This document shows positions 14,330 to 25,688 of a stretch of 64,000 nucleotides of DNA, one piece after another. Each line of letters opens with the position of its first letter. The first letter of the stretch is position 1. Origin of the DNA: Eledone cirrhosa (taxonomy: Eukaryota). The notes under the pieces are model-generated. The model did no database searches. It had not been told where the DNA came from and saw only the letters and a program-made list of their open reading frames with translations. Location of the stretch: the NCBI GenBank assembly GCA_964016885.1, contig OZ024741.1, positions 208,196,001 through 208,260,000 on the forward strand, written 5' to 3'. Made by a program: the position numbers and the translations under genes.

Positions 14330-14578
14330 TAAACGGAAAAGAAAATGCTGACAAATTGTTCACAGTGAAAAATAGTTTAATTAGGAATAAGTGAGAATTA
14401 GTAATAGTATTGGTTAGTATTCAGTTTTGGTTTTAAGTATTACCGGTTGCGCATTTCTAATGCTTTTCAAAAATAATTTTGAGATAGAGCGTCCGTGATG
14501 TTTGCTCTAATCTGATTAGTTTTGGAAATTCTACCTGTTTTTATGTGAAAACAGTGGCTGCAGCGGTATTAAAATAAG

Positions 14579-14700
14579 TTTCGCGCCAATTCGTGTTGCA
14601 AAAATTTTCTTGTGGTCAAAACAATTTTGATTGGTCGGTAGAGGTCATGTGAATGTTAAAAATTGATTTTGCGCCAAATGTAGGTTTGTGTCGGCTGATT
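14579..14700. promoter_or_regulatory. Candidate promoter-like motif cluster (two E2F-type sites, CCAAT boxes, E-box)
   Basis: TTTCGCGCCAAT at 14579-14590, ATTGG at 14630-14634, GTCATGTGA near 14644 and TTTTGCGCCAAA at 14667-14678, in non-repetitive-looking DNA. No transcript evidence. Confidence 0.3.
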
Positions 14701-14736
14701 GAGAAGTCACTGAAAAATAAGTCTTTCAAAACAAAT

Positions 14737-14786
<50 letters not shown>

Positions 14787-14881
14787 TAGTAGTAAAGAGG
14801 TTCGTTGTTGTGATAATGGTCAGTATATATATATTATGCGTGCGTGTGCATGTATAAAGAGGAAAAGAGAGAGGAAGCGAG

Positions 14882-14918
<37 letters not shown>

Positions 14919-15015
14919 TATATAGATATATAATATATATATATTAATATGTTTATTATATATATATATATATACATATATAAATATGTATATAATATAT
15001 ATATATAGAGAGAGA

Positions 15016-15525
15016 GAGAAAATTGAGGTTGGTAATGGCACATGGAATATATAAGAGACAGAATACTTTTTTGTGAAAAAACATAATTTTATAAGGTAAG
15101 GAAATAATAAAGGGTATAAAAAAAATGACCGGTTTCGATGGGTCTGCAAAAGCCATCTTTTCAAATGTTGATTAATATTAAGAAAAATTAATAATACGAA
15201 GAGTCAAAATTTGAGACTTGAAAATTCAAGTATAAAATTCATTGTGGGATTTCATAGCAGTTTTCATCTAGGTAGCAACAACAGGTTGACTGCTGTGTCC
15301 CTTTCTGGTAGTGAATGAGAAGTTATTTGGGGTGTGGGTTATTTTATAAAGGTCAGATTTAGCAATCACCAACTGGCCAGCTGCTGGTCAGTGAGGGGGT
15401 GGAAGCAATATACATACACATATCTTCCTGTGATGGGTAGGAGAGTGGAGCGTGATAGAAAGGGATTTAGTGCACTTACACCTATATATACACACATACC
15501 TTCATCCACACATACATACATATAC

Positions 15526-15564
<39 letters not shown>

Positions 15565-15629
15565 CACACATACATACACACACACATACATATACATACA
15601 CACATACACACACACACATATATACACAT

Positions 15630-15686
<57 letters not shown>

Positions 15687-15725
15687 TATATATACATACA
15701 CATACATCCAGATACACACATACAT

Positions 15726-15803
<78 letters not shown>

Positions 15804-16176
15804 CCACATATATATATACATACACACATACAAACATACACACACACACATATATATACACACATACACACACATATATATACACACACACACACACACG
15901 CATATATATATATATATACACATACGCATACATCCAGATACCCACATACATACACACACACACGCACACACAATACATACATCCACATGCACATACATAC
16001 ACACACACACACATATATACACATACATACACCCACACACAGAGAAATGGCCTTCAAATATATATATATATATATATACATACAGACACATATATTTTTT
16101 CCATAATATAAGAAGTTGGGGCAGTGAAATTAAAATACAAGTCATTCTGATCACATTGAGTTCTTCATGTAGATTG
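15016..16176 (-). repeat. Inverted pseudo-LTR arm of the Penelope-like element (inverted copy of 18058-19139)
   Basis: Unique parts match the reverse complement of 18058-19139 with only a few substitutions. Internal (CA/TA) tracts differ in length. Confidence 0.95.
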
Positions 16177-16191
16177 AGTTTAACTATATAA

Positions 16192-17856
16192 GCCACTTCA
16201 AATGCAATACAAGCTCTTCACAAATGTAAACCCATAAACGATGCATGTGACACCTCAACCAACAATTACATTGAACCAACACCACCAGAAGACCTAAAAC
16301 TCAGGCCAATTATAGCAGGCCCTACATGTGAAACCCACAGACTTAGCAACTTTCTGGACATCCTACTGAAACCCTTTCTACAACATATACAGAGCTACAT
16401 ACGAGATGACCTTGACATGCTGAAACACCTCCCTAAAACAGTAAGTGCAAATACAATTCTTGTCTCCTTTGACGTAATAAACCTCTACACAAACATACCT
16501 CACAACTATGGAATAACAGCAGTCCAATACTGGCTTAACACACACCCATCAGAAATACCGACACGCATCAACACAGATTTTATCACTGACGGACTCCGCT
16601 TTATCCTACAAAATAACTACTTCACATTCAATGGTTCAACATACAGACAAGTATCAGGTACGGCAATGGGCACGAAAGTAGCACCCACATATGCCAACCT
16701 AGTCATGGGATTCCATGAACAACAAATATACAGTCAGTCCCTTCTCTTATTTGGAGACTCTTTCCACACACACCTCAAAGCCAATTGGAAAAGATATCTA
16801 GACGACTGCTTTATCCTATGGCAAGAAGACATGAACTCACTTACTACGTTTAAAAACATGATAAACAACATAGATAATAACATACAATTCACAATGGAAT
16901 CCAATCCTAAGGAATTAGCCTTCTTGGATATTCTCATCTCTGTAATAGACGGGAAATTAGATACAGATATATTCTATAAACCCACAGATTCCAAGCAATA
17001 CCTCTTTTTCACATCAAGTCACCCAAAACATACAAAACTTAACATTCCTTACAATTTGGCCAAACGTATATGTACCATAGTATCAGATCCACCTAAACGG
17101 GAGCAAAGACTAAAGGAACTAAAAGACACCCTTATCTTAAGAGCCTTTCCACTTGAAATAATCAACAATGGAATAGACAGGGCAAAACACCTAAATCCCC
17201 ATCAACTTAACAATCCAAAACAGAAAACCACACTCAACACCCTGCCATATGTATCCACTTTCAACCCCAGAAATACCGAAATGTTTGATCACCTACACAA
17301 AAACCTCCCCATCCTACTTAAAGATGTAAAAATGAAGTCTATTCTTGAAACACACAAGATCCTTAAAAGTAAAAGACAACCCAAATCACTTAAACGCATT
17401 CTCACTGGACCAAATATACCCAAACCAATCCTCAACCCTACAGTTACCAAATGTGGTAGAACAAACTGTGGAACGTGCCTCTACCTCACTGAAGGACAAA
17501 CATTTACATTCAAAGATGGCCAAACATTTACAGTAAAAAACAATTTCACCTGCAACTCGGAGAACTTGATTTACGCAATAACTTGCGGTGGGTGCAAACA
17601 CAACTACATAGGACAGACGGGCACCTCATTACGCAAAAGAATTACCATCCACCGCCAACAAATCCGGGACGCTAACACAAGAAAAATCCCCTTGAGCAGC
17701 CATATTGCGAACTGCGCAGGAATGACACTACCCAACTTTAAAATCTTCCCCTTCTACAAGTGCTCAGATTCGTTCACACAGCAACAAAGAATAAACAAAG
17801 AAAATCTATTCCTTAACAAATTTAAACCAAAACTAAACGGGTTATCACCCCAATAG
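16192..17856 (+). CDS. Penelope-like reverse transcriptase + GIY-YIG endonuclease, N-terminally truncated; frame open from 16192, first ATG at 16417
   Basis: Motifs LHK...LKLRPIIAGP, SFDVINLYTNIP, GTAMGTKVAPTYANL, RYLDD and FLDI; linker CGRTNCGTC; endonuclease LIYAITC...YIGQT...R..IH. No internal stops. Confidence 0.9.
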   Translation, partial: ATSNAIQALHKCKPINDACDTSTNNYIEPTPPEDLKLRPIIAGPTCETHRLSNFLDILLKPFLQHIQSYIRDDLDMLKHLPKTVSANTILVSFDVINLYTNIPHNYGITAVQYWLNTHPSEIPTRINTDFITDGLRFILQNNYFTFNGSTYRQVSGTAMGTKVAPTYANLVMGFHEQQIYSQSLLLFGDSFHTHLKANWKRYLDDCFILWQEDMNSLTTFKNMINNIDNNIQFTMESNPKELAFLDILISVIDGKLDTDIFYKPTDSKQYLFFTSSHPKHTKLNIPYNLAKRICTIVSDPPKREQRLKELKDTLILRAFPLEIINNGIDRAKHLNPHQLNNPKQKTTLNTLPYVSTFNPRNTEMFDHLHKNLPILLKDVKMKSILETHKILKSKRQPKSLKRILTGPNIPKPILNPTVTKCGRTNCGTCLYLTEGQTFTFKDGQTFTVKNNFTCNSENLIYAITCGGCKHNYIGQTGTSLRKRITIHRQQIRDANTRKIPLSSHIANCAGMTLPNFKIFPFYKCSDSFTQQQRINKENLFLNKFKPKLNGLSPQ

Positions 17857-18057
17857 AATTGTCATAAAATATAAACACACATACGCACGGAATCACTACT
17901 ATTAAAGACCAGAGACCAATTCTGTAGAATCAGGTTTATTCATTGACAGACCATGCCTTTGTGTGACCAACACATCCATGTTAAACCCTGCACGTGCACA
18001 CACATATATCTATATATATATGCGCACACAGAATTCACCACTGTCGGTTGCGGGGCC

Positions 18058-18151
18058 CAATCTACATGAAGAACTCAATGTGATCAGAATGACTTGTATT
18101 TTAATTTCACTGCCCCAACTTCTTATATTATGGAAAAAATGTATGTGTCTG

Positions 18152-18193
<42 letters not shown>

Positions 18194-18477
18194 AAGGCCA
18201 TTTCTCTGTGTGTGGGTGTATGTATGTGTATATGTGTGTGTGTGTGTATGTATGTGCATGTGGATGTATGTATTGTGTGTGCGTGTGTGTGTGTGTGTAT
18301 ATATATGTGTGTGTATGTGTGTATATATGTGTGTGTGTGTGTGTGTATGTTTGTATGTGTGTATGTATATATATATGTGGGTGTGTGTGTGTGTGTGTAT
18401 ATATATGTGTGTATATATATATATGTGTGTGTGTGTGTATGTATGTGTGTATCTGGATGTATGTGTATGTATATATA

Positions 18478-18532
<55 letters not shown>

Positions 18533-18593
18533 ATGTGTATATATGTGTGTGTATGTGTGTATGTATATGTATGTGTGTGTGTATGTATGTGTG

Positions 18594-18630
<37 letters not shown>

Positions 18631-19139
18631 GTATATGTATGTATGTGTGGATGAAGGTATGTGTGTATATATAGGTATAAGTGCACTAAATCCCTTTCTA
18701 TCACGCTCCACTCTCCTACCAATCACAGGAAGATATGTGTATGTATATTGCTTCCACCCCCTCACTGACCAGCAGCTGGCCAGTTGGTGATTGCTAAATC
18801 TGACCTTTATAAAATAACCCACACCCCAAATAACTTCTCATTCACTACCAGAAAGGGACACAGCAGTCAACCTGTTGTTGCAACCTAGATGAAAACTGCT
18901 ATGAAATCCCACAATGAATTTTATACTTGAATTTTCAAGTCTCAAATTTTAACTCTTCGTATTATTAATTTTTCTTAATATTAATCAACATTTGAAAAGA
19001 TGGCTTTTGCAGACCCATCGAAACCGGTCATTTTTTATACCCTTTATTATTTCCTTACCTTATAAAATTATGTTTTTTCACAAAAAAGTATTCTGTCTCT
19101 TATATATTCCATGTGCCATTACCAACCTCAATTTTCTCT
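18058..19139 (+). repeat. 3' pseudo-LTR of the Penelope-like element, with a degenerate hammerhead near 18990-19030
   Basis: Lies downstream of the ORF stop and contains ttgaaaa-gatgg-cttttgcagac-ccatc-GAAA-CCGG-TC. Confidence 0.85.
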
Positions 19140-19230
19140 ATAACCTTCGTTTTGTGTAGAAAATTACACTTTTCATATATATATATATATATACATATAT
19201 ATATACATATATATATAATATACATATTAA

Positions 19231-19323
<93 letters not shown>

Positions 19324-19334
19324 GTATATATATA

Positions 19335-19897
19335 TATATGAATAAAGTTGGTCCTTCATCAGTGATCTTCCAACCATCATTGGTATTTCATCGCTTTAAA
19401 GACCATATACCTCCTGTTGGTGCGAGCAACGGCTAAAAAAAGTCGTTGGGACACGTAAATAAAGGGGACACGAGAGTGTAAACAAACAAAGATGGTGAAG
19501 CAACGAAAAATGAGGAAGAAGGAGTCAAGTCCCAAATTTCCATGAATATAAGTTCGGTGAAATCGTGAACGAGATAGAATAAAGACCATCAAACCTGGTT
19601 GGAATGTGAGCAAGGAAGGAATTCCGTACAGGTCTAACGGGAGGAAGAAGGGATCTAGTCTGTGAATTCGGTGAACGTAAGCTCTGTGAAATCGTAGACG
19701 AGAGAGAGAAAAACAAGCGACCTGCCTGACCAAGCGTGCGAAAGAAAAGAATTACGCACAGGTCAAACGGGAAGAAGGAGGAACCCAACGACTTTTTTAG
19801 CCGTTGCTCGCACCAACCGGAGGTATATGGTCTTTAAAGCGATGAAATATCAATGATGGTTGGAAGATCACTGATGAAGGACCAACTTTATTCATAT
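19335..19897. mobile_element. MITE/foldback-like element with ~115 bp terminal inverted repeats and an internal ~125 bp imperfect direct repeat
   Basis: 19335-19450 is the reverse complement of 19785-19897 (atatgaataaagttggtccttcatcagtgatc...agtcgttggg). The internal gaagaagg...gtgaaatcgt...acaggtc.aacggga block is repeated. Confidence 0.75.
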
Positions 19898-19934
19898 GTA
19901 ACCCATTAGCAACCATGCACCACGTTTATTCTCA

Positions 19935-19995
<61 letters not shown>

Positions 19996-20081
19996 ATATA
20001 TATATTAATATATATATATTATATTGTATATATATTAAATAGTATACACATACATATATGTAAATATATATATATATATAT

Positions 20082-21006
20082 ACCTTGTAGAAATCTTATA
20101 ATGAAACGATCATATGGAAAGTGAGATTTATTTAATTATGTCTCACATAAAATAATACAGCCGACTTCCACACAATACAATATAGTTAGCACCCCAAACG
20201 TATAATTGGGAATATACTTAGGTATTTCCTAATGTTTGTTGAGTGAGATGGAAGTTGGTCGGAGTATCGCTAATAGCTTTCTCTGTTTATGTAATAAGTA
20301 TTATACTCTTGGATGACCGGACATGAAGTTTCCAGATATTTAGGTATGACTATCTTTATTTATTCTTTATATGAAATACTGATTGTTTCTTCCTGTATCT
20401 CATGTGTATTATTTGTCCTGAGAAAATATCTCTATGTATACATAAATAATACGTACATATATTTATTTTTTTATATCCAGTTGAGTTCTTTATACGTGCT
20501 TTGGACTCCTAACAGGGTTCAATGACCTGCGTGTATATTATTTTATATTTTACGATAACCTTCCCTTCCCATTTGGGGACAGTGTGAGATTTTTTTTTAA
20601 GGACTGCTGGACTTTCAAACTTAGCGGTTCTTCTAGCACTGACGTTGACTATCGGTAAATATTAATATCGATGTAATTTTTTATATTGATATTGCCTGGG
20701 CATTCAACTGAAGAGTTATTAGAGCCCACTTGCACAGAAATCTGTTGATCATATGCAAGCTTCTACATAACTTGGACATTATTCACCCACCTTGTAGAAA
20801 TCTTATAATGAAACGATCGTATAGAAAGTGAGATTTATTTAATTATATCTTATAAAATAATACAGCCGACTTCCACATAATACAATATAGTTAGCACCCC
20901 AAACGTATAATTTGGAATATACTTAGGTATTTCCTAATGTTTGTTGAGTGAGATGGAAGTTGGTCGGAATATCGCTAAAAGCTTTCCCTGTTAATGTATT
21001 AAGTAT
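20082..21006 (+). mobile_element. Non-coding element with ~220 bp direct terminal repeats (20082-20300 and 20789-21006) overlapping a hammerhead motif
   Basis: accttgtagaaatcttataatgaaacgatc...ggaagttggtcgga.tatcgctaa is repeated at a 707 bp offset. Confidence 0.75.
20703..20826 (+). ncRNA. Type I hammerhead motif with a long stem II insert
   Basis: TTCAA-CTGAAGA-gttat...(~95 nt)...ataat-GAAA-CGATCG-TA-TAGAA. Palindromic stem III; one stem I mismatch. Confidence 0.6.
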
Positions 21007-21209
21007 ATATCCGATCCTTGTACTTAACGAACTCCAAATTGTTGAGCTAATAAATTCGAATGGTTGGGCTGCTCTCTCTAGCATTTTCCCCAATCCATGA
21101 GAACCGTTATTTGATGCAAATGACACGTGATTTCGCCCTACTCTGGACAGCGTGTATATTAGCTTTCTCTCTATCCATGAGGCTAGATATGTAGTAAACA
21201 GAATCCACA

Positions 21210-21284
21210 TTTGCTGACTGATGAACCTGTGGCTGTTAAACTGCACATTTCTGTGGCGAAACGAACTTAATTCGTATCAGCAAA
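21210..21284 (+). ncRNA. Type I hammerhead motif with a self-contained stem III
   Basis: TTTGCTGA-CTGATGA-[acc...ggc]-GAAA-CGAA-cttaa-TTCG-TA-TCAGCAAA. 8 bp stem I; cleavage triplet GUA. Confidence 0.75.
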
Positions 21285-21542
21285 CTTATAGTTATAAGGT
21301 TAGTAATTTAACTCTACTTCAGTGATTTGATTCTGAGTTAGGTTTTTTTCTATGTAATTGCTAAACCTATAGATATTGTTTTCTATACAGTAACGGTAAA
21401 AATCACTTGTAATAATCCTTTACACACACTTACATTTGTGTAATATATTTGTATACGAGCTCACAAGAAAATTCTCTATTCTTCTTTGAGCTAATATTAT
21501 TATTATTACTGTGAACTGCGGAATACTCTTAATTCCGATCCT

Positions 21543-21631
<89 letters not shown>

Positions 21632-21678
21632 GTATATATATTAAATATTATACACATATATATAAATATATATATATA

Positions 21679-21755
<77 letters not shown>

Positions 21756-21837
21756 CTCTTTTACCTGTTTCAGCATCCGGCTGAGGCCATGCTGCGGCAC
21801 ATATATATATATATATACAAGGATCGGAATTAAGAGT

Positions 21838-22288
21838 ATTCCGCAGTTCACATCATGTTCTGTGGAGGCGATATAGCTACCCACGAATTTGAAGTCAACT
21901 TGATTATATCGCCGTTTAGACTTCGCATACCAACTGAGCAGTCTTGGTTCAAGCAAATATATTCTGTTTTGTCTGCGTTGATATAGAGTCCGATTTCCTT
22001 TGCAACTGAATCGATGCTTTGAAGTAGTGATGTTGCATCCTTAAGGTCAATACGTGGACAGAGACTCAGATTTGCTAGCCACTGTCGGCGCAGCAAGGAA
22101 TAAATAGCAGGTGATGTATCTCATCTCATGGAGCAAGAAACGCTGATCGTCTCAAGAAGATATACGTCAAGCAACTTGAGGACAATACTGGATGCACTGC
22201 GGAAGAACTGGCAAACGCTATGAGAGACAGAGATGGATGGAGGAAACGTGTAGTAGAAAGCCGAGCAAGCTCGACCTGATGGTGATGA

Positions 22289-22290
<2 letters not shown>
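21838..22290 (+). mobile_element. RTE-clade LINE remnant with a 5' inversion: RT fragment on minus (21838-22046), 3' end on plus (22047-22290)
   Basis: Minus: LLQSIDSVAKEIGLYINADKTEY...[16 protein letters not shown]. Plus: RLRFASHCRRSKE...QLEDNTGCTAEELANAMRDRDGWRKRV, then a (tga)n tail. Confidence 0.8.
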
Positions 22291-22363
<73 letters not shown>

Positions 22364-22668
22364 ATATATGGTACACCTCTATTCTTTTAAATATATATAT
22401 ATATGGCTATTTCTAATAGCCATCTTTTCACCCCTTGGTAATTTGTGTGTGAGACACGTTGGCTGAGGCTTCTGATAGGAACTAATAGATTGATTCTTTT
22501 TAGCTTCCCGTCCCCACGTAAAATTTGTAAATCAGTGGCTAGTTGACAGATAGAGTCCTATCGGTTGCCAAGTTAATCGCTTTACCGTGTCGGTTGTCAC
22601 AAACAGTCATGACCGGCACGGGCTGGTGTTTGGATTATGTCGATCGATTGGTTATTGATTAGGCGATA

Positions 22669-22777
22669 CCCGCTGATGAAGCCGCAAAGCCGATTGTGCA
22701 TTGTTACATAATATATGCAGACAGATGGTGCAGTGCACCTTACTGCTGCATTAGTGCTGCAGAAACTCGAGTCCGGG
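22669..22777 (+). ncRNA. Type I hammerhead motif with an extended stem II
   Basis: CCCG-CTGATGA-(~82 nt)-GAAA-CTCGAG-TC-CGGG. Palindromic stem III; GUC triplet. Confidence 0.7.
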
Positions 22778-22940
22778 AACCTTATAGGCACCCGTTTTAC
22801 GTGTGTTGTGTTGAGGCAAATAACTATGTGTATACTCTGGTAATGTATCTTACATTGCCCATTGAGTGCGCTGAGAGACAACCGGTACTGGCATTGATAA
22901 ATATGCTGGGTCCGTCAACCCTTATTATATATATATAAAT

Positions 22941-22976
<36 letters not shown>

Positions 22977-23163
22977 GTAAAAGTTCTATATAAATTGTTG
23001 GGATACAACAAGCAAATATTTTATAACTGATATAAAGCACTCAACAAATAATTGGAGTAAAAATACGATATTAATAAATGGAAACTATCCGGGAGCTTCC
23101 AACAGTAATGGTTGCATTCTTTAAGTGTATGTCAATATTTATTTATAAAACTGGTCTATATTA

Positions 23164-23228
23164 TATTTTATCTGATGAAAGCACACCATAATTTAACTTG
23201 TTGTCCTTGAAATATGTATAATGAAATA
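23164..23228 (+). ncRNA. Type I hammerhead motif
   Basis: TATTTTAT-CTGATGA-aag...ctt-GAAA-TATGTA-TA-ATGAAATA, with AATAAA at 23225-23230. Confidence 0.7.
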
Positions 23229-23267
23229 AATATGGTTTTATAAATATAGTTTCCATTTATTAATATC

Positions 23268-23307
<40 letters not shown>

Positions 23308-23569
23308 TATATATATATATATATATATGTTTGTGTGTGTATATATACACCTCTCTGGGTGTCTTTCATCTTCGTCGTGCCACTCTCAACACACGTGCAC
23401 CACAGTTTGTCTGTCTAACTAATGTGACACCCAGTTAAAGATGTCTCGTTAATACCGTTATTGAGGCCATTGAACCGGAAATATGCAAATATTTCAATGA
23501 AGTGTACACATGGATTCATTCCTTAAATAAACTAATAATAAATTGTCTTTCTCGTTCCCCACCTCTCTC

Positions 23570-23634
<65 letters not shown>

Positions 23635-23820
23635 CCCCACTATCTCTCTTTCTCTCTCCCTATCTATCTATCTATCTATCTGTCACTGTTTATCTTTATA
23701 TCTCCTCCCACTCTCTCTCTCCCACTCCTTTCGTCTATGAATTTATAAATCTGACCTTTTCTGCGTCTTTCTCTCTCTTTCTTAACCATCTACTATGTCA
23801 GGGTATGTCATGCATCACCT

Positions 23821-23887
23821 TATTTTATCTGATGAGGACGTACTGTTGAAGTTAACTCAGTACCTCTGAAATATGTATAATAAAATA
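23821..23887 (+). ncRNA. Type I hammerhead motif
   Basis: TATTTTAT-CTGATGA-ggacgtactg...cagtacctct-GAAA-TATGTA-TA-ATAAAATA. Confidence 0.8.
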
Positions 23888-23933
23888 TACTTGATCACAA
23901 GAATATCTATTTTGTTAATATTTTGAATTTATA

Positions 23934-23971
<38 letters not shown>

Positions 23972-24305
23972 ATGTGTGTGTATATGTGTGTGTGTGAGTT
24001 TGTATGTGTGTTTGTGTGTGTGTGTTTGTGTTTGTGTGTGTGTGTATGAGTGTGTTATATGTGTGTATGTGTATTTATGTGTGTGTGTGTATGTGTGCGT
24101 GTATGTGTGTATGTGTGTGTTTATATGTGTGTGTGTGTATATGTGTGTGTGTGTTTGTATGTGTGTATGGGTGTGTGTATGTGTGTAGTTCAATCAGGAC
24201 TGAATACCGCCATAAAGTAGAATAATATTTCTACTCAGGATTTTCCATAACTTGTTGTTGGGTGATTAAATAACATTAGTAAGGAAACGGTTTATCTAAA
24301 CGTCT

Positions 24306-24649
24306 AGAAGTAGTTGGTCACGGTTGGTAGACTGGGTGAATGGCTGTAGAGTGGTGTAGAGAGAAGTAGTTGGTCACGGTTGGTAGACTGGGTGAATGGT
24401 TGTAGAGTGGTGTAGAGAGAAGTAGTTGGTCACGGTTGGTAGACTGGGTGAATGGCTGTAGAGTGGTGTAGAGAGAAGTAGTTGGTCACGGTTGGTAGAC
24501 TGGGTGAATGGCTGTAGAGTGGTGTAGAGAGAAGTAGTTGGTCACGGTTGGTAGACTGGGTGAATGGCTGTAGAGTGGTGTAGAGAGAAGTAGTTGGTCA
24601 CGGTTGGTAGACTGGGTGAATGGCTGTAGAGTGGTGTAGAGAGAAGTAG
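24306..24649. repeat. 56-bp tandem repeat, 6 near-identical copies
   Basis: agaagtagttggtcacggttggtagactgggtgaatggctgtagagtggtgtagag starts at 24306, 24362, 24418, 24474, 24530 and 24586. Confidence 0.95.
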
Positions 24650-24654
24650 GGATA

Positions 24655-24899
24655 GAAGAAGAAGAAGAAGAAGAAGAAGAAGAAGAAGAAGAAGAAGAAG
24701 AAGAAGAAGAAGAAGAAGAAGAAGAAGAAGAAGAAGAAGAAGAAGAATGAGGGGGGAGGATGATGATGATGAGGAGGAGGAGGAGGGGGTGGGGTGGAGG
24801 AGGAGAAGAAGAAGAAGAAGAAGAAGAAGAAGAAGAAGAAGAAGAAGAAGAAGAAGAAGAAGAAGAAGAAGAAGAAGAAGAAGAAGAAGAAGAAGAAGA
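24655..24899. repeat. (GAA)n microsatellites
   Basis: Two pure GAA tracts, ~24655-24746 and ~24805-24899. Confidence 0.95.
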
Positions 24900-25111
24900 T
24901 CATCTGCAACAAGAAACACCGAGTATCGGATAATGAAAATACACAAACACACATGCACACACACGCGCGCGCGCATACAGTCACACACACGCATATACAT
25001 ACCACTTGCTTACACACTTGAAGTGAATTGCATACACAATTGAAGTGAATATATATATTAATAACAGATTAAAATAAAAATAATTTCCATCATATTATAT
25101 ATATATGTATA

Positions 25112-25276
25112 TAGTGACGAAACATAAGTCAATTGCATGAACTCATAATCCTTTATTTACTGCTATATATATTTCGATGATATCCATTGAATGGCTATGA
25201 CCTCATCAGGCAATTAGTCAGTTCTTAGATATGCCAGCTCTGTGTTTTTGGTGTTGATGGTATCAGAGCCTTGGGA
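25112..25276 (-). mobile_element. Second copy of the 165-bp hammerhead-bearing element (hammerhead at 25159-25214, minus)
   Basis: Reverse complement of 11416-11580. The core CTGATGA...GAAA-TATATA-TA-GCAGT is intact. Confidence 0.8.
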
Positions 25277-25451
25277 CATATATATTTATCCAATATCTCT
25301 GAAGAAGTGACAACTGATTATACATTTGCTATCGAATACTTGCTAACATTATACGATTACGCAAGCAGCGATACATAAGTATTCTGTCTGTTACAGAAAC
25401 ATATGTCAATACATAATAAATTCCTTTATGAAAGCACTTTCATCTTATATT

Positions 25452-25520
<69 letters not shown>

Positions 25521-25623
25521 TATATATATATAAATATATATATATATAAATATATATAAATATATAGAGAGAGAATGAGAAAATGTGAATTAGTTTCAGA
25601 TGTTAAAGTCCTTTATTGGTAAT

Positions 25624-25688
25624 GCTGTGATACATATTTCAATGACGACAGTGGCCACATGATTCTGTGCGTGACATCATCAGACAGC
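25624..25688 (-). ncRNA. Type I hammerhead motif
   Basis: Minus: GCTGT-CTGATGA-tgtcac...gtcatt-GAAA-TATGTA-TC-ACAGC, then AATAAA (tttatt at 25612-25617). Confidence 0.75.

Larger units (their letters stand above)
15016..19139 (+). mobile_element. 5'-truncated Penelope-like element (Neptune-type) with an inverted pLTR at its 5' end
   Basis: RT + GIY-YIG ORF enclosed by a ~1.1 kb inverted repeat, in TA-rich DNA. Confidence 0.9.

Noticed and set aside
19840-19885. Type II hammerhead in the TIR (GAAA...CTGATGA)
   Set aside because: No UH before the putative stem I, and no stem II partner.
24306-24649. CRISPR-like regular repeat
   Set aside because: Units are contiguous and identical, with no spacers.
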